Positions 13,601 through 25,702 of a stretch of DNA of 64,000 nucleotides are shown here, piece by piece; the stretch's first letter is position 1, and every line of letters begins with the position of its first letter. A model generated the notes under the pieces. It worked only from the letters and a program-made list of their open reading frames with translations, had not been told where the DNA came from and made no database searches. The stretch lies in assembly GCF_009914755.1 (NCBI RefSeq), contig NC_060926.1; one strand, 5' to 3'. Both the position numbers and the translations under genes were made by a program. This DNA comes from the human T2T-CHM13v2.0 reference genome, Homo sapiens.

Positions 13601-14107
13601 ATGATTTATCCATGGACAAGTAATCTGAAGACATCTGCTCATCCCTACTTCCTAGCCCGGGCAGTTAATATATGTATGTTTAATGAAAAAAAAATGAATA
13701 TTTTCATCTGGTTGGATTCTAGAAGTTAGAATTTCATTGCTCTTCATGTTAAATCTATCCCAGGTGACTCAAGTATGAATCAGACCCCGAGGATGAAACT
13801 CTTAAGGCCTGGGGAGAGGTTCCAGTAGGATCTCATGAACTGATGTTTTTGTCACATAAAGATAGTTAAGCACACAGACACCCAGACAAATGCCCATAAA
13901 TGGTAAAGTGGAGAACAAGAAAGGTCTAGACAGCTTAGAGGGAAACGAGAAAAGGCCCTCAGTGCACTTTTTATAACTCTTGGAAGCTTTGCAGTACTAT
14001 TACAGACCCAGCATCCCTTTGCATTTTCAATCTGGAAATCACTTCTTCCTGCAAGGTCTTTTATAATCTCCTCACATGAGAGCCACCAGTGCACCCATCT
14101 GCATTAC

Positions 14108-14212
14108 CTGGCTGCTCAGCTTGGCTGCCTTCTTGGCCATTTCTATGTCTGGGCGACCGAGCATGCTTAAGCCATGGCTGCCTTCCTTGCGGTGCTTGGC
14201 TCTGTACTCCAC
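14108..14212 (-). CDS. NEB: NEB exon ~154 (105 nt) VEYRAKHRKEGSHGLSMLGRPDIEMAKKAAKLSSQ
   Basis: cag / gtaatg. Confidence 0.97.
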
Positions 14213-14311
14213 CTGAATCAGAGAAAACCAAAATGGGCAACAGGTGATGGTTGCCTGGCATGCCTTGGCAATGGCTGTTGGGGACTGGGGACATTTTCAT
14301 GACACCCTTAC

Positions 14312-14760
<449 letters not shown>

Positions 14761-14957
14761 GAGATATGCTATCTTTCTAAAAGTCCCCATTAAGCACAAT
14801 CAGCTTTTTTCCTTAAACCCAAACCAATTCTCGCCACTAACTTTTTGAAACTACCACAGAGGAATTAGAGTGACCACACACTGGAACAAGAGAATGCACC
14901 AATCTGGGTTCCACTGCTTCAAATGGGCCCCCAAGAGTGTTGAGAGGGAAAACTTAC

Positions 14958-15068
14958 ATCACTTTGCTTCTTGGCCACTTCCATAGCATGTTTCACCTCT
15001 GGTGGCTCCAGCATGATGGAGTAGTTGGATTTTCCTTTCTCCTTGACAAACTTCTTTTTGTAATTTGT
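14958..15068 (-). CDS. NEB: NEB exon ~152 (111 nt) TNYKKKFVKEKGKSNYSIMLEPPEVKHAMEVAKKQSD
   Basis: tag / gtaagt. Confidence 0.97.
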
Positions 15069-15752
15069 CTAAATAGAGCCAGAATTACTTTTATGAGTAG
15101 AGGAAGCTGGGAACAGAGTTGGTTTACTTGAAGAACTGTGAAATCTCCAGGAAAATCCATGCTCCCCATTTTGGCATCAGTCTGGGACTTAGATAAGACC
15201 CATATTCTAGTTCTTCTCTGTCATTTGTGTCCTGCAACCCAACACTAGAACCACCTGGCAATCTTCGGAGAACCTGGGTAGAGGCAAATTAAGCTCTTTT
15301 ATTTACTATTTCTACCTTTTAAAAATATATGGAACCATATGGGACTCATATAATACCAAGGTTACTACAGCATTATTGATAAGGATAGAGCAGGCAGAGA
15401 TTACTGAGGCCCAAAGAGGTAGTTTTACCTTTCTAAAATTGGGTAGCAGTTTAATAATAGGAGAGGCCACTCCTAATCAGCAATGTTTCCTTCTGTTATT
15501 AATAGGTTAGTAATATCTGATATGGCTAGATTACATGTCCTGTAGCAAAACCCACATTTGCCATAATTGCCAGAATTGGAAAGCCAATAAATACTGGGTC
15601 ATTTTAAAAATCAGAGTTTAAGATTCACATGTAGATATTGATGGTAAGAGTGAAGCTACATAAAGGAAGCAAAAGGCAACTGACATTATTTCACCAGATT
15701 CTACAGTCAAGTGGCATTGTTGCTGCCAAGAGACGGGTGGTTGATCACTTAC

Positions 15753-15863
15753 ATCACTGACATGCTTGGTCACTTCCTTGACGTGAACAGTGTCCCGGGT
15801 CTCTGGTAGTGTTGTGTATGAGCCCTGTGCCAAGTGCTTCTTGACATGGTCCTTGTACTTGTT
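15753..15863 (-). CDS. NEB: NEB exon ~151 (111 nt) NKYKDHVKKHLAQGSYTTLPETRDTVHVKEVTKHVSD
   Basis: cag / gtaagt. Confidence 0.97.
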
Positions 15864-15952
15864 CTGGGGGAATCCATAGAGAGCTCATTAAGGCATCTGC
15901 CTGGGGCGTTCTCCCAAGAGGGAAGCAGAACTCATGGGCGGCTGGGGGTTAC

Positions 15953-16057
15953 CTCAGACACCAGGTTGCTGACAGTCTTCGCCAGCAGGATCTGAGGCGT
16001 GTCAGGTACGGCATGGCAGGTTCCTCTTTCCTTGACATGTTTCTCTTTGTATTTCAG
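15953..16057 (-). CDS. NEB: NEB exon ~150 (105 nt) LKYKEKHVKERGTCHAVPDTPQILLAKTVSNLVSE
   Basis: aag / gtaacc. Confidence 0.96.
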
Positions 16058-16712
16058 CTTCAGGGGCAGGAAAAGGGGCATTTCTTTAGCTCTGCTGGAT
16101 ATCCTACATATTTTTATTACACCCTCAAACCAGTAGAACAGCAGCGTTGACAATACTAAACTCAATAAAAGATGTGATACTTGCAAATTTTGGGAAATAT
16201 TCAAAAGGGTTTTTTCCTTATCTCTAGCAAGTTGTGGTTTTAATAACAATCAAAATGGATCTCGTGATGAATCTTTATATAGTCACACTTACGTTCACAG
16301 CACGCTCAGATATGCCATTTGTCCCTCCCATAAGCCCTCCATGAGCCCATTATTATTCCGTCTTTACAGAGGAGGAAACTGTAGTGAAGGGAAAGTATGA
16401 TCCCATAGAAAACAAATCATGGCGTTTCCATAAAGAGTCCAGCCAGGCCTTCAGGGTCCTAATTCCTGCTGTGTGAACTCTCTGCTGGTGCAGTATAAAT
16501 CGAGGACTGTCACCTGGATCTAATGGCCCTTGCACTGCTGCTGCCCTGCTTGACTGCTGGCGCCCCTCACAGGACAGGCCATAATTCAGGACCCATACCT
16601 GAGCCCTGATGGAAGCAGCTCTTCTCCATCCTTCCCTGGTGTCCCTGGGGACTGTACCATGGAAGATGGCCCTGAGTGAGGTTAGGCATCATGGAAGGAA
16701 CTAGGTACTTAC

Positions 16713-16817
16713 ATCACTTTCTATTAAAGTATTCCTGAGGGCGAGCACCGTGTTTTTGTCATCAGTGACAGAAAGCTTGCAACCCTTGAGGAACTCCCGG
16801 TCCAGCTTATATTCAAA
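16713..16817 (-). CDS. NEB: NEB exon ~149 (105 nt) FEYKLDREFLKGCKLSVTDDKNTVLALRNTLIESD
   Basis: cag / gtaagt; FLKG occupies the WLKG position. Confidence 0.97.
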
Positions 16818-17275
16818 CTGTGATAGAAGAAAGGCAGAAGAAAAGGGAAGGGTGACAGCACAGGAGGAAGCTGGGCATTTGATTAAACACACAGGGAGTC
16901 CTCTTAAGGAGAGGACAAAGACTTGCTACCAGAATGAGGAGAAGAGCTTCTTGGTCCCTCACTGCATTTTGGACTCCTCCTTTTCAGCCTAGCTGCCAGG
17001 ACCAAGCCCCTCCATCCCCAGTCTTCCCCCAGACTCTCCCCAGCCTCAGTCAGAACTCAGTCATTTGTGTCCAGGCCCAGCCAAAGGAGAATAGGCTCCA
17101 TGGGCAGGTTTGGGTTCTGAGCTCGCCTATCGCTCCCCCAACCATCCTCCTCTCCTTCTCGGATCTCAAACGAGCAAGGGTTAACACTCATGACAGTGGT
17201 TATTATAAATAATTATTCATTGTATTTCTCAGGTGCAGTATGCAGTTACAATCGTCTGTGTCTCTCCTGTCTTAC

Positions 17276-17380
17276 ATCGCTTTGCTGCAGGGATGACTTG
17301 GCAGCCTGGAGGAAGTCCGGTCGGTCAGGAGTCCACTTCCAGTGGGCTTTGTTGGCTTCGTACTGTTTCTTATAGTCCAG
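17276..17380 (-). CDS. NEB: NEB exon ~148 (105 nt) LDYKKQYEANKAHWKWTPDRPDFLQAAKSSLQQSD
   Basis: cag / gtaaga. Confidence 0.97.
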
Positions 17381-17734
17381 CTGTTTTTAACAGGAGAGAA
17401 AGGAATCACTTGATTCAGTAGGCTAAATTCATAAACACACACATGGCACAGAGGGGCTCTTGCATTTCAAAACATCTCAAATCATGATTCCTAATGCAAG
17501 AGGAAGCCCCAATTGAAATTTCTGTACAATTTATGCAGCTAGTCATCCACTCAGAGGTCATCTGTTGGGACCCTGTGGTCCCGAAATAGAGGCTAAAATT
17601 TTTAAAGGCCTCCGGGTGAAATGATTCTTCAATCTCTCTAGTTCTGCCAGTCCAGCCCAATCATCTTCAGAATCGAGTACTTTTAATTTCAAACTAAATT
17701 CGGGTTTAATTTTTACCAAAAATGATCAAACACT

Positions 17735-17960
17735 AGGTATTTATTTTCTGCCAGGCACTTTTCTAAGTTCTTTACAAATTACAAAACTAATTAAATGAAT
17801 TATAAAATTTTATAAAATTAATTCACCTAATCTTCATAACAACTGCATGAAATAGACAGCTGAAGAACTGGATAGAAAGGTTAAGTAAACTTCCCAAGGT
17901 GAGACTTAGCAATTGGTGGAGCTGGAATTTAAACCCAGGCAGTCTGGCTGCAGAGGGGCT
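17735..17960. mobile_element. MIR
   Basis: aggttaagtaaacttcccaagg...ggagctggaatttaaacccaggcagtctgg core. Confidence 0.75.
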
Positions 17961-19004
17961 TGCATGCTTCCTAGACCCTTCAGGGCTGGAGAACTGGCTG
18001 CATTGGGCCAAATCTGAGCCACAGAAGTGTATGTAATTTAATTTGAGTGTCCTTGGGAGGAGCCTGCACTATTAGGCACATTTCTTTCCTCATTCTTTCT
18101 CTCTTTTTAAAATTGAGGTATAATTTATACACAATACAATGCACATGCTTTTATGTATACTATTTAATAAGGTTTTTTTCCCCTCATTTTATTTTGAAAA
18201 ATTTCAAACATACAAAAATGTTGCAAGAATATTACAGAGAATACCCATACAACCTGGATTTTGCAAGGTACGTTTTACTGCATTTGCTTTATCTCACATC
18301 TGTCCTTCTATCCGTCTGCCCTCAATCCATCCTCAGGATACGTACAAGCTCTTTGCCAGCTCCTACAGGGATTCCAGTTTGCTAGCCCTCATAAATATAT
18401 GTCCCCTCTAGCACTAGTGGGTACTAATTCGGTTACAATGGTTTCATTGTATAACCATTTAATATATTTTTAAGAAGTCAGTGCTCATCTAAATGCACAA
18501 AATTATTTCTGTAGTTGAGGCCTTAAGATGCTGCACCCAAGAAGAGAGTCAACGCAGGGAATATCTGAGCAGGAAGAAGGTCTAGGCCAATGCCTGATGG
18601 CACCAAATGGCTCAATGTTTTCTTCATCAGAAGAAGCAGATTGTAGAGTTTGAGGCAGGAGGAGAGCACAGGGAAAGAGAATGAAAAATGCTCAGGCACT
18701 TTCCAAAAATGCAACCTACATTTCAGAATTAAACGTCCCATTTCTCAGCCACCCACCGCAAAAGCTGAGTGGGTGTAGCATCCATGGCATGGGATGAAGC
18801 TTCCTTTGCTCTTCCCTATGCTCCTTTGTGAGGACCAATGCAGCATTTATATTTTAGCATCATTGTTCATGCTCCTGGGGCCTGACTCTTGCTTTGGAAT
18901 CAATCACTAGAGCTGAATTGCCTGAAGAGATGTAAAAAGAGGCCATGTGTCCTACAGAAGCTGGTAAATCCCCCACCATGCTTGGGGAAGTTTCTGGAAC
19001 TTAC

Positions 19005-19109
19005 ATTGGTGTTGACTTTGTAGGCGTCCTTGGCTGCTTTGATATGAACAGCATCTGGCTCAATGGTGCAGTTGGATTTATTTCTTTGGTATACTTCTTT
19101 GTATTTCAG
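19005..19109 (-). CDS. NEB: NEB exon ~147 (105 nt) LKYKEVYQRNKSNCTIEPDAVHIKAAKDAYKVNTN
   Basis: cag / gtaagt. Confidence 0.97.
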
Positions 19110-19220
19110 CTGTGGGAGGAAACACAGTGACAAGATTAATTTTTTTATAGCAGCATACTGAGCATCTTAAAAAACAAGAAATTAAATCCATGCATGACTA
19201 TAGTACACAATGCTCCTTAA

Positions 19221-19625
<405 letters not shown>

Positions 19626-19744
19626 GCCATATAATTTTTGTTTCTGTGCTTGTGCTGAAAGGACCAGTTGGACCCCTATTCATTCAGGTTTTCCTTTCCC
19701 CAAATCAGCAAATCTTGAGTTCAGAACATCTTGATAACTGCTGA

Positions 19745-19970
19745 TGGAAGAGAAGCCTTTCCCTACCAGCTCACCCAGACAGAATTAGTCTTGCTCTCCT
19801 TCTGTGCTCCGGCAGTTATAGCTATTATCATATCGTGTTATAATTTTTTTTAATCTGCCTATTCTTTCCATTAAGGACCCCTTAAGGGCAAAAACTGTTT
19901 ATCATCCATCATCTCATTCCTAGTGTCAGGCACATAGACAATATTTGATGAATGAATGAACTGATGAATA
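19745..19970 (+). mobile_element. L2 3' end
   Basis: ggcacatag...aatatttgatgaatgaatgaa terminus. Confidence 0.65.
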
Positions 19971-20404
19971 CAGCAATCATTCTGCCTTTTAAAAATATAT
20001 AGAACTGTATATTGTCATTGCTGGAGACATACCTAGCAAGTTTTGGTATATGTGGGTTTGGATAGGAGGGAAAGGCACAGAGAAGGCTTAGCATCTGCAG
20101 GCCCAACAGGCAGTTTTTCCATCCTGGGCCTGGGACTTCCAGCTTCACCCACTTTTGCTCTTCTTAAATTTCAGGGTCGAGGGCCTCGATCTGGGCTTTT
20201 TCATTAATCGTTGGGGAAGGATCCTAGGTTTTAATGTGACTAAGGCCAAAGTAAACTGTTCCGAGGGAGCCATAGTGGGGTTTACTAAACTGATCATAGG
20301 AATCACAATTTTCCTGGCTTTGCCATAGACCTAGTTTACCAATTTACTTATCAGTATCTTTAGGAGAAAGTCGTGGAAATTCATTTTTAAAACATCAGTA
20401 CCTC

Positions 20405-20721
20405 AGGATATGTTTAAGCCACGTGGAGACCCATCTGGGGAGAAGTCCCAGGCATGTGGAGAGGCCACATGAAGGGGTTCCTGTCTCGTCTACACAATAG
20501 CCCAGCTCCCAGCCCGCAGCCATCACCAATGGCTAGCCATGGGAGTGAGCCACCTGGATGTCCTGGCTTGACTGAGCCCCAGGTGTCTGCCAGCAACATG
20601 GGGAGCAGGACTGTTCAGCTGTGTCCAGTCAACTTACCGAATCATGAGCAAAAGAGATGACTATTATTTTAAGCCACTAAGTTTTAGGGTGGTTGTTACA
20701 CAGGAATAGATAACTGGACCA
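20405..20721 (+). mobile_element. MLT1-family (MaLR) LTR fragment
   Basis: tttaagccactaagttttagggtggttgttacac...atagataactgga 3' end. Confidence 0.8.
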
Positions 20722-20788
20722 GGGTTTGTTACATCTCATTAGAAGGAGGCCAAGATGAGAGGGACTGCTAAACCATTCTAGTACTTAC

Positions 20789-20896
20789 ATCACTGACTTC
20801 ATCTTTAACCTTGCGGACATGCAGCAACATGGGCGTGTCGTGGATTGTGGTGTAGCCTCTGGGTTTGGCCTTGTTGTATTCCAATTTATAAAGGAT
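20789..20896 (-). CDS. NEB: NEB exon ~146 (108 nt) ILYKLEYNKAKPRGYTTIHDTPMLLHVRKVKDEVSD
   Basis: cag / gtaagt. Confidence 0.97.
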
Positions 20897-21039
20897 CTGA
20901 AAGATCAAAAAGCAGAAAGACATCATGTCATGCTTCTCAATGTATAATATCAAAATATAAATGCAAAGTTTTTTCCTGAGTGAATATAAAGGAAAGAGAA
21001 TTCTATGAATTTGACAGGTGCTTTCATGCTCTCTGCTAA

Positions 21040-21514
<475 letters not shown>

Positions 21515-21583
21515 TAAAATGCCCCTCCATGTTTGCAGATGCCCCCTGAGTTTGAGAAGGTATTCAGTGTTTCTTGCACTTAC

Positions 21584-21688
21584 ATCGCTGATTTGTTTGT
21601 TGACTTTTGTAGTACGCAGGTGTTCTGGAGTATCCACAATTGAGGTAAATTTGTCCTTTGATTTTTCATAGTTTTTCCTGTATTTGAT
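21584..21688 (-). CDS. NEB: NEB exon ~145 (105 nt) IKYRKNYEKSKDKFTSIVDTPEHLRTTKVNKQISD
   Basis: tag / gtaagt. Confidence 0.97.
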
Positions 21689-21807
21689 CTAAATGTGGAA
21701 GAGAAGAAAGAGCTCTAAGAAGTTGTAGAGTGGGCTTTAAGGTATCTAATTGTCCTCTTGAAACACCAGAGTGGGAGATGGTATCTAGCTTTCTCTTTAA
21801 TTCCTAA

Positions 21808-22107
<300 letters not shown>

Positions 22108-22426
22108 TAGAACCTGTTCTCTGGAGTCTGACAAATATTGTTTTACTCATAACATATTGTATTGAACATGTACAATCTCCAAAGGCATTTTTCCATGTCA
22201 AAGATGAAACAGGGATGTAAAATAAAGAATGAGTATATATGAAGTATTTATCATTTTAAAAAATTCATTTGTTTTTGCAATTTTCAAGTCATAATTATTT
22301 TCATGCACAGAAGCTGTTTTAAGCAGGACAGATACAGAGAGCACCATAAAATTTCATGCACAACTATTTGAGGATCATATAAGGACAAAGGAGGAAGTTC
22401 AGGCAAACAGGATATTTATAGGAGGA

Positions 22427-22473
22427 GAAATGAGGAGGTTAAGCTCTTAATTGGAGCTTAACCTCCTCATTTC
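22427..22473. repeat. Perfect 20-bp inverted repeat with 7-nt spacer
   Basis: GAAATGAGGAGGTTAAGCTC-ttaattg-GAGCTTAACCTCCTCATTTC. Confidence 0.97.
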
Positions 22474-23231
22474 ACATATTGATTTCATGGTAAACTAAAA
22501 TGACAAAACAAGTTGCTAAGAGGAAAGCTCAATTAACTTTTTTTTTTGGTCTGGGAAAAATGGTATTATTACTAACATTGTGTCTGGTAGTTACCAATTA
22601 TCACTGTTTATTGCTGCATCAAATTTACCTTTCAGCATGTGCTGGAAAGTGCATGCTTCAGTTGGCCTTCTAAAAAGGCATTATTATCAGAGACACTGTT
22701 AACCTGTGTGTGTGGGATCAGATGTGCTGGAAATAACCTAGCAATTCAGCATCAAAGTCAAGAGGCGCCATGAATATATACAATATTCATAGAGCTGCAC
22801 GGTAATCCTCATCTCCCCGCAACAGTTGTAGTGATAATTGAACAAGAGACACATTAGATGAAAACATTAAATATTCAGACCTTTTACATGCTGTTGAATC
22901 TACTTACTATCTTCAATCTCTAAGGAATCTATTTCTTTGAGGCAAATACTGAAAAGTATAAATTAATGTTATACCACTTTGGAAATAACACTTGAAAGAA
23001 TCAGTTAATTTTATTAAGAGTTCTGAAAGTGTCAGATGATGTACGGATGACCACTGTCCCATCACCTTTGGCCACATTCAGAGATCATTTACAAGGAATG
23101 AATATTTACATAGCTTTACCATATGAAGCCAGCATGGGCAGGGAGTGGAAGAGGAAATCAATGAAAGCATACAAGGGAATGCATCCAAGACTTCTTCTAA
23201 ACCTCCTTCTTCACATCCCATCAGACATTAC

Positions 23232-23336
23232 CTGGCTCCACATATGCGAATTGTAGAGAGCAGTCAACATATCTGGACGCAGAATTTCATTACATCCATG
23301 TTGCAGAAACATCTTGGCACTAGATTTATATTTTCT
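23232..23336 (-). CDS. NEB: NEB exon 144 (105 nt, mutually exclusive with 143) RKYKSSAKMFLQHGCNEILRPDMLTALYNSHMWSQ
   Basis: cag / gtaatg; recognised alternative exon; not in the ORF track. Confidence 0.95.
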
Positions 23337-24004
23337 CTGTCCATGCAAAGAGCAGTGAAGCACAAAAGAGACTTATGAAGACAGAAAAGAACACGGCTCT
23401 ATATCCCAATCACCTCTGAGTGAAGAGATGTAGGCATACACACTTTATGTACTCACATATGTGCGGGTGAAGACATCAAATACATTATAATGTGAAGCAG
23501 AATGACTGCAATGCTTGCGGTTGGCCATTCATAGTCCTTGTGAATGGGGAATGATACAGCTAGTTTCACTTACGTTACCACCAAAATAGCTTTATAGAAA
23601 AGAAGACATCTTTGGAATAGAAAGATATATAGTAAGGAGTTATGTCTTCTTTCCTTCCATTAATTTTTGTTTGTTTTTTGTTGTTGTTTGTTTATTTTTT
23701 GCTTTTGCAACTCAATCTGCAGTTTACAGTTGCAGTTTTCAAACAGGTTCTCCAGAAGAGTAAAGGATGGGAGGACCCAGCTTTTCCTTTCATCTTCACC
23801 ACAGCACAAGTGAGAACACAGAGCATGGACTGGCACACTCAAATAGCTGACGGGCTTTTTGGGTGGCTAGACAGATACTTTGAAACAGAACAACCCAATA
23901 TCATAGGCAGAACCTATGACATCCTTGCAGCAGACGGGATGACATCTCATGAGAAACTGGGAGCACAGTCCTGCCTGGGCCACCGGCCAGCCCCATCACA
24001 GTAC

Positions 24005-24109
24005 CTGACTGATCTGGTCGCCTGCGGTCTTAGCCAGCAGATGTCTAGGCTCATCGACTACCAGGTGGTATTTATCTTTCCGCTGCTCATAATCAGCTCT
24101 GTATTTTTT
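24005..24109 (-). CDS. NEB: NEB exon 143 (105 nt, mutually exclusive with 144) KKYRADYEQRKDKYHLVVDEPRHLLAKTAGDQISQ
   Basis: cag / gtactg; recognised alternative exon. Confidence 0.95.
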
Positions 24110-25480
24110 CTGCTCAAACATCATAGCATATTATAGCAAGAGTACAACTTCAAGGCTACACAAAAATGTCTCAAGGTAAACACTCCAGAGGGCCAGAACA
24201 TGTCATCTCTAGTGGCGGGCTCCCAACATACCCAAGACAATAAAAACAGGGAAGCAAAGAGAGTCAAGTGGAGGAAGATTACCTGAAGAAGGCTGGAGTG
24301 TGGGATAGGTCAGATTTATGACACCAAAATTAGAGTTCCTTGTGCCCAAACATTTTCCATCTTTGCATATGATGCCATTAACAACATTAGGTTTTATGGC
24401 ATCTAACGGTATATTTAAAATAGGGTACTGATCAGCTACAGCTTTACCAACTGAGGCTGTGAGAATCTCAAAGCATAACTGATGCTAAAACATCCACGGG
24501 AAATTTGTAATAGTCTTCTAATGCTATTAATTTATTGGATTATAAAGGAGACCTGGAAATTCTTCATGAAATAGAAAAATAGAAACAAAATATATCAAGA
24601 TTGTATTCATAGGAAGCTACTGGCAGTAATTCTTCAGGGTTGTCCAGTCTGGAAATCTACTGAAAGTGAACTGAATCAAATGTAAAGACAACAAACAAAA
24701 AAGTCATACATTTAAGTAAATATACCATTGGCTATATTTTCATTTTTAGAAATATTGTACTAATTTTCTCACGGAATTTTTGAACTTACAGAAACTGTAA
24801 AAAATCTGAAAATAGGAAATTAAATACAACTTTAACTATAAAACCATCCCAACTAAATAAATTCATAGCTTGTTTATTTCAGCCATCTTGAGCTAAATTT
24901 AACTTAAATTATTGCAAAGATGGTTACAGGAAAGGCTGGATAAAATAGAAAGAAAAAATTTGGGTGCAGATGGATACTTCTGTGCACCAATATATGTGGG
25001 AGTAACAATGGCAATATCTTTGAAGCATGAATCACAACTATTCCTTTAGCGTAGCTCTTCTAACAACTGACATTTTGGTGCCTTAGTAGAGGATACTAAA
25101 TTAACCTTGAACTTCTGTGTCTTCCAAATCTACACAATATAGATTGTGTAATATATAAGGGAGTTCCGCTGACAGTCAAGAAAATCCTTTACCTGCCTGG
25201 TATTGTCACCCGCAGGGCTGTGCTGCCCTGTGTTTGTGCAGAGGTGCTGATGTTTGCGGGGCTCTCCCACCACTGAACGGTCCCTTCACTTGTTCTTATT
25301 TGTAGTTTGGCAGAGCTTGTTGGATGGTGACATTATAGAGTCTTTTCCAAATCTTTAGTTAAAATGAAAACTTAGGATGGCTTTCCTGTCATTCTGTGTA
25401 TTGGGCTTTAATTTAAAAAAACTCTGAGACTTCTTTAGGGAATTGAATAGGCTTAATTGGAGCAGTTTATTCATACATAC

Positions 25481-25585
25481 CTCATTCATCAATTGAGTTG
25501 CATACTTGAAATGCCTATTGATCGGAGAGTCGGCAACATACTTGAAATCTGACTTTGTCCTTTCAAATACTTCTTTATACTTATA
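25481..25585 (-). CDS. NEB: NEB exon ~142 (105 nt) YKYKEVFERTKSDFKYVADSPINRHFKYATQLMNE
   Basis: tag / gtatgt. Confidence 0.97.
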
Positions 25586-25702
25586 CTAGAAAAAACAGAA
25601 CATGGTTACTTGACAGCAGGCTATGATTATCTTAAGAATGAGACATGCTGTTTATCATATGATATAATTGTGATAATTAATTCATAGAACTAACACATAT
25701 TC

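Noticed and set aside
17210-17240. Strong plus-strand acceptor (tgtatttctcag|g) opposite exon 148
   Set aside because: No convincing partner donor or polyA signal identified; such sites are common by chance.
17800-17815. 16-bp palindrome ttataaaattttataa
   Set aside because: Pure A/T low complexity inside a MIR; expected by chance.
23642-24136. 164-aa plus-strand ORF as a membrane protein
   Set aside because: Hydrophobic N-terminus comes from a T-rich low-complexity tract and no family is recognisable; kept only as context for the antisense exon idea.
23664-24703. Complementarity between the tttttgtttgtt tract (intron 143) and aacaaacaaaaa (intron 142) that could loop out exon 143
   Set aside because: Only ~12 nt of low-complexity pairing; too weak to claim without conservation data.
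25501-25548. catacttgaaat repeated twice within exon 142
   Set aside because: Explained by the repeated FKY peptide.
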